Below, piece after piece: positions 24,788-36,100 of a stretch of DNA of 64,000 nt. Origin of the DNA: Guillardia theta CCMP2712 (taxonomy: Eukaryota > Protista > Cryptophyta); NCBI RefSeq assembly GCF_000315625.1, contig NW_005434589.1, forward strand, positions 13,330 to 77,329. The letters are read 5' to 3'. The position numbers and the translations under genes were made by a program. A model generated the notes under the pieces. That model did not search any database. It had not been told where the DNA came from and worked only from the letters and a program-made list of their open reading frames with translations. Positions within the stretch are counted from its first letter, which is position 1. Every line of letters starts with the position of its first letter.

Positions 24788-26038
24788 TCATTCCTCTGAG
24801 GAGTCAGAACAGTTGGACTTGACAAAGGTAGAGGCCTCGGAAGGAGTGTCTGTCCTTATCGAGTCGGATCTCTCATGCAGCACCAGGACCTGCAACCTGG
24901 AAGGGCTGCATATTTCTTCCGCCACATTCACACCCGCCTCCTCCTTCGCTTTGTTGGAGTCCATTTCCGCGTCATACTGCAGGTTGCTCCCCATGGAGCA
25001 GCTAAAACTCATCAACCTCAGCGGATGCTTCTCCTGCTCGACCTCCTGCCTGCTCGTCATCGGCTTTGTCGGTGAAGCTGTGAGCTTCCCCCCGGATGAA
25101 GAGTACAAGTGAAGTAAAGCATTGCGCGGGGTGAAGACTGTTATGTCGAGACTCCTTCCATCTTGCTTTCCTGCCATCGCTGCTGCATTGGGAGAATTCT
25201 CAAAATGTACAATATCCGATGGACTGGGTGGAGCGCTGTCACAAAACCTTCCGGGGATCTTGATGGAGGGCGGCAGAGCTTTCCTCAGAGTCTGCGGCCG
25301 TTTCGACTTCATGTCATCATCCGCAACGTTGCTCCACTCCAGCTTTGTCAACGATTTGGGTAGGATTGGAGGAAGCTGACCAAAATCTTCTGATAGGATT
25401 TCCTGGCATTTCTCTGAGGTTGGATCGAGCTCCACTTCTGTTATGACGACAGGCTTCTTCCTGCTCTTCGTCTCCATCTGCTTGCGGTAAGTCATCGCTC
25501 GTTTGCGAGCCTTGGCCACGTCCTTTCGTTCATGCCCTTCACCTTTCCTTGTCCTGCAGGCTCTGCAAAGGCACACGATGAGGCAGACAATGAACACGGA
25601 GACTCCGATGTACATCCCCACTGTGATGGCGACCGAATCGCTGGTTGGAGGGAACTTCCACTGAATAGATGATCTTAGCTGGTAGCTTCTCCTCTCCGCC
25701 ACGTTCTGCCCATGAAGTGCTTGATGCTTTTTGTGCAATCGCAAATGCGTCTCAACCTTCTCATCCAAAGCAAACTCAGCAGGTATTCCCTCTGGACGAA
25801 CTGTAGAAGGGGAGGTGCCTTTCTGCTCCTGTGAACAAGACGCAGATTGCACAAACCAGCGACCCCCTCGTAGCTCTCGACTTTCAACGACGCAAAAGCC
25901 GGCACTGCATCGTGCTGCGTTCCCCGATCGGTGGCAGCCCCTGCAATCTGAGGAGAGATTGCAACGAGCACTTGCGTTGACCATTGAGACACTGAGGACA
26001 GCAGCAAACATATGAAGCAAGGTGAAAGAGGTCTGCAT
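24788..26038 (-). CDS. Intronless type-I membrane protein (signal peptide, small Cys-rich ectodomain, one TM, Ser/Pro-rich tail)
   Basis: Within the 561-codon ORF, probable start MQTSFTLLHMFAAVLSVSMVNASA, then CNLSSDCRGC..C..GFC, and TM VAITVGMYIGVSVFIVCLIVCLC followed by a basic stop-transfer stretch. Confidence 0.65.
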   Translation of the reverse strand: MQTSFTLLHMFAAVLSVSMVNASARCNLSSDCRGCHRSGNAARCSAGFCVVESRELRGGRWFVQSASCSQEQKGTSPSTVRPEGIPAEFALDEKVETHLRLHKKHQALHGQNVAERRSYQLRSSIQWKFPPTSDSVAITVGMYIGVSVFIVCLIVCLCRACRTRKGEGHERKDVAKARKRAMTYRKQMETKSRKKPVVITEVELDPTSEKCQEILSEDFGQLPPILPKSLTKLEWSNVADDDMKSKRPQTLRKALPPSIKIPGRFCDSAPPSPSDIVHFENSPNAAAMAGKQDGRSLDITVFTPRNALLHLYSSSGGKLTASPTKPMTSRQEVEQEKHPLRLMSFSCSMGSNLQYDAEMDSNKAKEEAGVNVAEEICSPSRLQVLVLHERSDSIRTDTPSEASTFVKSNCSDSSEE

Positions 26039-26477
26039 TGCGCCGATGTGCCTGTATTCGAAGACCTTCACCTTGCTCGATGGGTTTCGATGCTCATTGC
26101 AGACGCTACGTCTCTTGAACGCAGCGCACGTGTTGGGCTCGTAGAGAGGGGTCGAGGTGTCTCTTTCGGCAGCATTGAGTCGATAGTTGGGACTGTCATG
26201 TGAGTGTGAGCAACTCCGGTGCTCTGAGCTGTCCAGACAAGAAGCTCGGTGAGGACGACGATTCTCCGCGCTGCTATCAATCTCTGCTTGAGTGGCCAAA
26301 GGCTGGTGGAGAGATACGCCGAGGGGAGGAATCAACCGAGCTCTGTTGGTCGGAGAGTTTCGATGGAGGTGACTGGATCTGACCATGAAGAGAACGTCAG
26401 CTTCCTGTTGATCATTGCTGACCCTTGCGCCGACGCTTTCTACCATTTTGTCGATCAAACCGAAGTCCTTCACACAA

Positions 26478-28310
26478 GGGGGTGGGTAGGATTAGGGGTG
26501 GAAAACAGGTGGTGGGGTAGTTCCTGCAAGGGTAGTTTAGAGTTGTTGGCGATGCCACGGAGAGAGCAGGGTGGGGGTACTACATTCCGAACCATGTTAC
26601 TACGGGTGCGTTCGGGGACTCGATCAACCAAAGGGGTAGTACTCGACAAAAAGCTCTTGTAAAGGAGCAAAAGGTGGGTAATCTATTGTAAAAATAAGGG
26701 TCATAACCTTGCAAGTAGGGTATGTGATTGGCGATAGAATTGTGAAGAGTTCTAAGGTGGGTATACTGGATTATACCACGGGTCCATTTGATCTCTAAAA
26801 TGTTGCCAGTGGGTGGTGCACATCTCGACGATAGGTGGGTACTTCAGGGATTTGGGTGGGTCATCTGCAGAGGGGTAAAATAGATTGCACTAGTGTGGTC
26901 AGCAGGGGTGATACCATGTTCCCCATGAGACCGGGGTAGTGGGTCTGAATTGGACTTGTACCGGTTGTAGTTCGAATTTTCGAGGGTGGGGTAGATCACG
27001 TACCCCTGAGATCCCATATTATTGACCCGGTATGTTGACATGAAGCCAAGTGTCGCTGACCAATGAAGGAGGTAGGGTTACTCGAAAGTTACTCGAAAAT
27101 TGGGGGTGGGTGCATGTCTATAAAAGTATTTTTTCCCCTTGCCCAAGTTGTTGGGCATGAGGCCCCCGAAGGCTGCTTCGGTTTGCTCAATGATGGTTTG
27201 AGGTGGGGGTGGTAGGGGTAGGAATCTAGGGGTAGGTCTGATATGATGGGGATATCTTTTTGACTGGTGCGGAGGACCCCTGGTATCTTGATGCTGGAGC
27301 TTGAAAGACTGTGGTGCTTGAAATTAATTGATAGGGAAAACATGGATATCGCAGGTAGGTGGGGGAAGGGATAGAGCAAACGCAAGCCACCTGGTAGGGG
27401 TACTACGCCTTGAGAGTCGAAATGCCCAACAGGGGTGGGGATACCAGGGGTACTGGTAGCATCCGCCTTCGCGGCCCTACCAACAAAAACAAACTGTACT
27501 CTACCACCCCTTGAAGTTTAGAACCCCCGTCTTCGTGGTACCCCTTGCGTCGCCTTCATATTTCCAGGAACAGAACAGTACCTCATTTCAACCACCCCAC
27601 GGGTGACCTCCCTGGATCCCCTCACCCTTTTCTCGCGAGGGGCTGCCACCGGCCGTGTAAAATCAAAATGGGACCCCTGGTTCTTGTACCCCTACCCCTC
27701 CTTATCTCCACCGTATCCACCCTTGTCTGCAGGCGCCGCAAATCAAGTCCGGTCGGCAAAATTCGTGGCCACCTGCCTTTTCACCCTGGAAACCACCCCT
27801 GGTGGAAGGTGGTGCCCTAGTTTTTGCCCGGTTCTTTTTTGTCAGCCTCCTATGGTCATGGCAGTAGTAAGAAAATTGAAATGCGACTCGAGCCTCTCTT
27901 CAAGCTTAAAAGGTTATAGAGTAAAAATGCCCCATCGGCTCGTGCCGCAGGGGTGCCCGGGGGTCCAGGGGATCCGATCATCCGACCCTGTCGGGGGTAC
28001 TCCTGAGCCATGTGATCACCCCCTTGTGGTCGGTAGCAGGGAGGGGTTATCAATTGGTGATAACCATCCCGACTGGGTGGGTCCCTGGGCCCTTGGTACC
28101 GGTTGACTCTGAGGAGCCGGTACTGATTCTGTGCGGTACGGTACCGGTAAAGTCATTCAGGCACTAGTAAAGTGCCATTGCCAACTAGTAAGGTGGGGGA
28201 ATAACTAGGGGTGGTACATGTTCACAGACCCCCCTTTCTCGTTGCTTCAACACGAAAACTAGTGGGTGGGGTGGGGATCTTGATCAGCCTGTGGCACGAG
28301 GGTGGGCAAA
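26478..28310. promoter_or_regulatory. GGGT/GGGGTA-rich intergenic block (same class at ~7770-8310, 21880-22320, 32080-32210, 52140-52435, 54860-55270)
   Basis: Dense GGGGTA, GGGTGG and TACCC motifs in non-coding DNA upstream of gene starts. Function is inferred. Confidence 0.45.
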
Positions 28311-28399
28311 ACTTGACACTGTCAAAAGCGTACCTGAGCTGTCGGCATTGTAGCCCCACGAACTCGTCAAAAAACGTACTACGAGCAATTTCCTATTTT

Positions 28400-28930
28400 T
28401 GTTGAAGCCGTACCGCACGGGCCAACCCCACTGTACCGTCACGCAGACCGTCACGTCCGACCGGGCTGGAATGAACTTTGGGCCGGCGGGCGGCCCCGTC
28501 GCGGCAACATCAAGCCTGGCACGGTTTGGCCGCCGTCAGGCTCAAGTTTTAGCCGCATCATCAACAATGAAGCCTGAGCCTTCAACTCGCCAAGTCACTG
28601 TCAAGTTGAAACCCGGGCCGGCAACTTGAACTTCAAGCCCGGGCCTTCAACTTGGCAAGAAGTTGAAGGCCGGGCCCGGCGGGCCGCCAGTCACGACGCA
28701 GTGCGCAACCGGCCGGGTGACCGATTTCCGAGTTCCGAAGTTCGGGACTTGACTGGAGCCCGGGAGTGCGACTGGCATGGCTGATCGGATCGGACCCGGA
28801 GGCGTGCAGCCTTGCCGGACTCCCGAACTTGATTCAGGCTTGATGATCAGCTCAGGTTCTCCGAGTCAAAGTGCGGCCGTAAGTCACTAGGTACTGACTC
28901 GCTGAGTGTACAACCTCGGTACAGTATCTT
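28400..28930. promoter_or_regulatory. CCGG/GGCC-rich intergenic island (same class at ~19250-19740, 42290-42400, 53995-54480)
   Basis: Dense CCGG, GGCC, TCAAG/CTTGA and GTCA/TGAC words. GTAC clusters flank the 19.5 and 28.6 kb islands. Function is inferred. Confidence 0.4.
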
Positions 28931-29149
28931 CAACGCACATGTCCGTTACCGTAACGTTCACTAACTAACGTAGCAGGTTGGCCTTCACGTTGCTGCAACA
29001 TCATCATATGGAGTGTCTTGAAACTTGATGGGCCTGCCACTGAGTCCGATCTTCCCGCCCACGTGCTGATCGTGACTTGGTGGCCCGTCACGTGATTGGA
29101 CTGCGCCCGCGGCACGGTTGTACGGTTGAAGCCTCGGAAGCGCGATGGT

Positions 29150-31900
29150 CACATGGGTGCGATTGATACATCAGGCCATCACGACACGTTCTCAGCGCGG
29201 CTTCCCCTTCAGCCCCAGTCCCTCGCTGCTTGCAACGGCAGCGTCAGCCGCTGCTCTTGCCACCTCAGCGTTGTATCTGCAGGAGACGACACGGTAAGAC
29301 GCTCTCAGTCAAGGGAGGAGAAGGAGGAGGGACATGTAAATCGCCGTCTCAGTCTCAATCCTCCTCAGCTCGAGCTCCATCGAGAGTTCTCTGCAACAGG
29401 CCCCAACAGTCAGCCCAGCAGCTGACGAGAGCCTTGAAGAGGAGGGGAGCAGATCAGGGGAGGGGCTGAGGCCTCGGAGACGAGAAGGAAGAAGGATCGT
29501 TTACCTTCTACGAAACTCTTGCTCCAGGTCGTGGACCTGCTCAGGAAAGTCAGACACTGAAGGCCTAGGAGGGTCGACGGGAGCTTCCTTCTGTGAGGCA
29601 GCAGCAGCGTCGTCCTCCTTGGACCTCTGAAGGCTGCTGATTTTCGCCTGGACCTCCCTGATGGATTCCTCTAGCATCTTGGCCTTCTCCTTTTCCTCCT
29701 GCAGGCGGGGGGGAAGGTCATGATCAAGGAACAGTGCCCCTCCTCCCTGCCTGCAGCTCTTCCTCGAGGGAGCGAAGGCCCTTCGATCCGTCCTTGCCCT
29801 TGTCTTCCCTCTATCCGCAGGTTCAATCACATATGATGGAGCAACAACCTATCCTCCCTCCCTCTCACCACATGCTCTCCCTCCTGGTCGTTGCCCACGT
29901 TCTTGTATGATGCAAGATGGTCCAGAAGCAGCGCATGCGTCTACCGGCAGCATAATCCTCAGCATGTCTCTACTCCCTTGGTCACGGGGAGGCACCCGTC
30001 TGAGGTCTCTCTCTTGCATCTCCAGCAGCCTGCATCTGAACAAGCACAAGTGAGGGAGAGCAGCCGGATGATCAGGATAAGCAAGGGCAAGGGTAAGGGC
30101 AAGGGCAAGGGCAAGGGCAAGGGCAAGGGCAAGGGCAAGGGCAAGGGCAAGGGCAAGGGCAAGGGCAGGACGAGAGGGGGGAGAGGAGGTCTGATATGAT
30201 GGAAGAAGAGGAGGACAAGGAGAATGAGTTGGAGGACAATGAGATGGTGTCAAGCTCACTTGTCAAAGAGATCGATGAACTCTGCGTCTCCTCTTACAAG
30301 CTCCAGGGTGATGACATGGCAGAGATAGGAAGGAGCGCTCAAGACCACCTGCGATCGCTGACTGAGGAGAAGGAGGCGGGTTGGTAGGGGAAGGACATGA
30401 TGCAACATGAGGAGCAGTGAAGTAGGAAGAAAGAAAGAAAAAATGATGACTGTAGCAAAGCACCAGGTTGTGAGCACCGGTCTTGACAATCTCTTGTCCT
30501 ATCTTGACCTGAAACCTGGGCGTAAGACAGGATGCTCTTGAGCAAAGTGACATGAAAAGAAAAAGACAGGAGGGGAGAGCCGACAGGGTTTCCATACACT
30601 AATTCGCTCCCCAATCTCCTCAACGACCCCTTCCATCGTGTTGTACTCAGGCTGTTGCATCCAATTCAACGGCGAGATCGTGTGGGCGTTACAGTGTGGA
30701 AGAACCTGGAACTTCAAGTCTTGAACCCGAACGTGGGCGCCTACCATGAGCTTGCCTGCGACATCGTCAACATCAGACAAGACTTAGTTCTCACAAACAC
30801 AATCCAAACAGGCACTCACACTCGTTCTGAGGCTCATCCCTCCCGACGGTGAGAATCACATGACTCCCTTGCCTGCACAACGAGACTGACGCGGGAGAGG
30901 AGGAGGAGCCGATCTCACCTCCCCTTGATCACGTCGATCACTTCCTGCGAGCCCGATGCGTCGTCTGACAGCCCTCGTGCACTCATTGTCCGCTCTACAC
31001 CAACCTCCGTCTATCACCTTTTACTTCGCACGATTTCTTGTCGTCTTTAGCAGCGATGATGTAGTCTCCGACCTTGATCTGCTCGGTGTTCAGGATGCCC
31101 CTTGCAAACATAACAATCTCTCCCCACCTTCCCGCTCTTCTCTGCGGCACATCCTTGATGCAGTTCGACGATCACGACTAGCAAGTCACGTTAGGAGCAA
31201 GAGGAGAGGAGCCGAGCAAGTACGTCGAGACACAGGATGAGACCTCAAAGTAGAGGGTGTGAAGGGATTCATTACGACCTGACGCTCGAAGGCGATCCCT
31301 ACCCCGACAGGTTTCTGAGCACAAGCAACGTGAGGACGGAGGAAACGGCAGGAGGGGAAAGGAGTATTGCCTCATACTCTCTCTCATCTTGAGCTGCATA
31401 AAATCCATGCGCCCCAGGGACCTCAGGGATCCGCCATTGGACGCAATCCTCACCCTCCTGCCACGAGGAGGCTCCATAGTCAGTCGAAGGAGTGAGGTGA
31501 CGGCAAGTGAGCATGGATTCCAGCACAGCAAGACATGGAGGGAGAGTAGTGCACAACGTCACTGTGAGAGCATTATGTAGCTCTGCCTTACCAGGCTCCT
31601 CAACCTCTCTTGGCGTGATGAGTCAAGCTGCAGCATCCCGAAGCCGCGTTCTCTCCCGGCCTGCCGTCACATGATTGTTACTGCGGCATCATCACTCTGG
31701 TCCCTTGGGCTCGTTTCAGAGTTTCACTCAGTCAGGTGTGCAGTCTGAAGATTACTTAGGCATGGCAGCCGTACAAACTCGTTCGGTCAATTTCCCCTCT
31801 GCTACTTCAGAAGTTCAAGACGCCACTGACTGTATGTTGATCCGATCGCCTTGCCGGCACGCCATCCCCTCTTCCCCTCTACCCACAACTTCTCCCGCTC
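29150..31900 (-). CDS. Multi-exon PDZ-domain protein with beta-rich module and C-terminal coiled coil (ends approximate)
   Basis: PDZ assembled from micro-exons 30825-31315: KPVGVGIAFERQ..|VIVELHQGCAAEKSGK|IKVGDYIIAAKD..|QEVIDVIKG|QGSHVILTVGR. Then LMVGAHVRVQDLKFQ|PEYNTMEGVVEE and EEKEKAKMLEESIREVQAKISSL. Confidence 0.6.
30080..30167 (+). repeat. (AAGGGC)n microsatellite, intronic
   Basis: Tandem hexamers. Confidence 0.95.
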
Positions 31901-32430
31901 CTCTCCGCCCCTCCCATCCCTCTCCCTCGCCGCTCCCACCGCCATCGCCTCTGAAAACTTGAAAGATCAGTCAACCATCTTTCAAGAGTCCTGACGCTCT
32001 GTAAAACTTTACCGTTACATATGTTACAACTCAACAAGCAGCAGTTACAGTCAGTTATCATCGAAGCAATCGAGAAGCAGGGGTAAAAGGGGGTGGTTGC
32101 ACAAGGGGGTCAAAAAGAATGAAGTAGGTAGGTAGGGGTACTTTCCTCTAAATAGTACGGGTACTAGCGCTGAGATTGTTTGTGCGTCGAAGGGTAGTGG
32201 GTGGGGGTCACCGCAGAACCCGATGCAGGCTGTGATTCAGCAGTGAGGAGAGGAAAGGAGAGGAGAGGAGAGGAGAGGAGAGGAGAGGAGAGGAGAGGAG
32301 ACGAGTCGAGAGGACGATAAAGTCAGCACGAAGAAGGGAACAACAGCTGTTTCGTCACCTTAGATCATCCTTATTTGTACCTTGATTGGCTAGTAAGGTC
32401 GAAAGGAGGGGAACGAGAGTTTGTGCTGAG

Positions 32431-33113
32431 ATGTCAGGCATGGAAGGGATGGAGGAAGATACGTGGGATAAGGACGAGCATGAAAAGTTCGGTGGATCAG
32501 ACAGCATGAGCGACTTCGTGCATGTGGAGGCATCGGAACTTACAGAAGCCGAAAGGGAAGTAGAGGTGGAGGAGGTTGGATCGAGCGATGATGCAACAGC
32601 GGCAAAGCAGTCTGTGAGGTCGGACGACGAGGAAGGGAGCAAGCTTGGCGATTCGTTCGCTCTCGTGCCTCTTATGAAAGGAGCGCATGAGAACTGGCAG
32701 TTCCGATTCATCCGCAACTCAGCCCTGCTCATCATCGCGCTCAAGATTGTCTGGCGAGTGATCAACACTTATCGCGAGCGACAGAGGCTCAAGGAGCAAG
32801 TCAGGTCGAGCAAGTTTGCTATCCGAATGGTCTGTCCTCCCTCCTCTCATGGGGTTCAAAGTCACTGACCATCTCGAGCAGTTGCAGGCGGAACTCCTGT
32901 CCGTGCTTGCCGACCGCCAGCAGCTGGAGAAGTTGTTGCTGGATGTCGCGGTATGCCAGCGTCGCTGATTCCTGCTCTCTGTTCTCTGCGAGTTCTTGTC
33001 CCTCACTGTGTTGTTGAAGTAAGTTGTTCATTGAGCAGAAGATGACATGTCTCTGACAGGATCAGAACCACATGTTGAGGACGTTTGTCTCCGACAAGTG
33101 GTTCTTTTTCTGA
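32431..33113 (+). CDS. Small acidic membrane-anchored protein with coiled coil
   Basis: Acidic N-terminus, hydrophobic SALLIIALKIVWRVI, then spliced LQAELLSVLADRQQLEKLLLDVA|..FVSDKWFFF*. Confidence 0.55.
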
Positions 33114-33166
33114 AGCATCATCCTCCGCCACCGCCTCCTCCTCACTTTCAGCTTGACAGCGACGCG

Positions 33167-36100
33167 TTAACCCCCCAGGAGCGGAGAGATCAGTCTTATC
33201 CAGGAGTCTCGGATGTCCTCCTGGTCTGGTGACAATCATGTTACAACCGTCCCGCACAGAGTGGTCAGTGCCTGCTGCGAGGAGGTAGAGGGAGTGACGG
33301 GCGTCGACTTCTCTGCCCATCTGATCCAACCAAGATGATCAGGGTTATATGATGAGTGAAATTATCCTCCCTCCCTCCCTCCCTCCCTCCTCTTCCTTCA
33401 CACTATTGGAACCCCCTTCCTCTCTCCCTGGCCGCCGCCGCCCCCCAACTTCCTCCTCCTTCCTCACTGGTTTCCTTTCTGTCTCCCTGGCCAAGACTCG
33501 TCTGCTTCTGCCTCCCTCAGGCCCATTCAATGGCCATCTCTGCCTTGCACTCCATTCATTCTATCCCTTTCCCCCTCCCTCCCCTAGCTGCCTCCGCGCC
33601 TGCCTCCCCTCCACCTCGCTCTCCGCCTCCACCTCGCTCTCCGCCTCCATTTCCTCCCCCTCTGTATTCCAACCCCCCCTTGTCCTCACCTGTATGCAGA
33701 ATGCGAAGGCGGCAGATTCATGGCAGAAAGTGTTGAGCTGCCAACAACATCATCCCCTTGCAGCACCAGAACGTTGCGCTACCGTGCCATTGACCAGGGG
33801 AATCGCCCCCAGCCGCCTCCGGAGACTCGCGTCATCGTAGTAGCTCTGCCACCTCCACTCATACTCGTGCTCCGAGCACGCGCGTGCAGTACCATGTGCA
33901 ACCCGTCGCTGTCCTCCAGCACAAACCATCTCCTCCTCCACCTGGTCCCCCAGCACCAAATCAGAAGGGCCCTCTTCCTACCTCAAACTGCTCCTCTCCT
34001 CCCTGATCTAGCTTTTCTCCCTTTCTCTGTCCTTCCTCCTCGCCCCTGCCTCCTGTTTCACCTCCTCGTCCAGTCTGAATCTTGCTTCCACAGCCATCCT
34101 TGAGCAAAGATCACTCTGCTACTCTTCCCTTCCTCGTTCGGGACCCAGGGAGCTGAGGAGAGTTCGTCCTTGTTGAAGGGCAGGCTGCCCTGCCCCTTGG
34201 TCACATGGATCCCGCTGACGTTCCTGATCGTCTCAAGAGCGAGCAGAAGGCCCTTCATCCCTCCCCCTGCGCCGGACTTCATCGTCCAAGTCAGACTCCA
34301 AGTGCTTGCAGACGAAGGGAGCTGGATCACCGTGTTCTTCCCCTGCTCCTCCTCCTCGTTCGCGGCCTCTGCTGCTGCTGCAACTTCATTCTCGTGCCCC
34401 ACAGTCGCAACGATACGCACAGGACTTGTTGGCTACGGAACGGATGGAGTATGTTCGCTTCGCTTCCTCAACTTGTCAGCACCTTGCCGCTCTCTCGGCA
34501 ATGATCACCTGAGTCCACCATAGCGTTGAGGGCCGCTGAGTTGGGATCAGGAGGACAAGCCTGCGAGACCGACGCAAGAAGGAAGAGGTGCGGGAAGGGA
34601 GTAGAGAAAATGAATGAGCATGGAACAGACAGGGGGAGGAAGCAAGAGAGAAGAAGGAGGGAGAGGGAGAGGGAGAGAGTAAGAGCAAGACAGCGCATTC
34701 TCAACGACCAACTTTGTCGCTCCGGAAACTCTTGAGAGTGACGTCACTAATGGACTGCAATGACTTGTCAGCATCTCCATCGACAAGTTCCCCTCCCAGT
34801 GCCTGCAGGACAGACTGCGTCCAGGACTGCTGAGGAAGCCTCCGGATCTCTCCCTCCTGTGAGCTCGTTAACGAGAACTTTTGTTCGCTTCCTCTTACCT
34901 GACTCTCTTTCCCTTCCATGTCCGCACCTCCTCCGGGCTGACCTGACTGAATCCCGCGTCCAGGAAGCAGCACGTCATCCTGAGGTTGACCAAGAAGAAG
35001 CGTCAGCTCCACTTGCTTCGAATGGAGGACATTCACGCACGTGGCCGCGCTGAGGATGAGGCATGAAGGAAGAATGTTTTACTGAATGCTTGATGGCGTT
35101 GACAATGATGATTCGTAACCCCACCTGCTTTATCCCGAGATCCTTCGTGCAACGTCAGTTCCTAAATCTTGCCCGGCTCCCCCCTCCTTCCCTCGTCCCC
35201 ATCCTTCAGTGCTCTTCTCCTCCATCCCTCCCAATCCTGCCCCACTGCTCCCCTGCCATCCTCGCACTTACCTTGAGGTCTTCATTAGAAAGGAACACAA
35301 GAGATTCGCCGCTGATCAAGTTTTCTTTGAATCTGATACATCATCCGACCAATCAGACGTTCGAATCTCCTCCTCCCTCCCCTCCTCTCTACACACTTCT
35401 GCCGCACTTCGTTCACGTCAAATGGCCCGACCTTCTCCGACAAAGATTGCAGCACTTCCTGCCCATCAAACGGTCACCACCCCCCTCGTCATCCTACCAA
35501 GTTTTTCTCCTCCCCTCCTCCCTCCTCCCTCCTCCCAGTTCCGTCCTCCTTCCTTCTGCTCCTTCTGCTCCTCCAGGGCCCTCAGTCTTCATTACCCGCA
35601 ACCATCTGTCGACTCCGCGATAGTCCATGTTGATGATGCTGGGATGAGGATGGCACTGGAGGTGAGAGTTGCCGCAGTAGCGAATCTTCTGCAGCCAGAG
35701 GTCTCGACTGTGCGCATCGTTGAACGCCAGGCAGTAGACCTGGAGCAGCATCACGCCCACAAGAACTATCACCACTCTATCTATCATAGTAGTTATCTTC
35801 CTGTCGTCCTGCCTGTCTCCATTCATTCACTGCTCTCTAAAGTCCGCATCGACTCTTTCATTCGCACTACTCCATATCCACTCACTGGACTTGTGCTACC
35901 GTCCGCCAGACCTTCTTTTTCCTGTTCGCATCTCACCTTGGAGGGCAGGCACAGGGGAAGCAGATTCCTGACTGCATCAAGCACGGCTCTACTGATCCTC
36001 AGCGTGATTCCATACTGGAAGCTCCTGCCGAAGAGGAGGCTCTGAAGGAACGACTCCAGGATCAGCAGCCATGCCTGAGCTTGCACGTCTTACCGTGAAG

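Noticed and set aside
26844-28629. Short ORFs in the GGGT and CCGG intergenic blocks
   Set aside because: No recognisable domains or splice chains; the composition explains them.
30196-30387. Acidic plus-strand ORF as a separate gene
   Set aside because: It overlaps spliceable minus-strand exons of the PDZ/coiled-coil gene and is probably an antisense shadow.
32257-32300. (GAGAG)n run as an interstitial telomere
   Set aside because: Short pentamer microsatellite like the many other purine runs; no telomere-repeat match can be supported.
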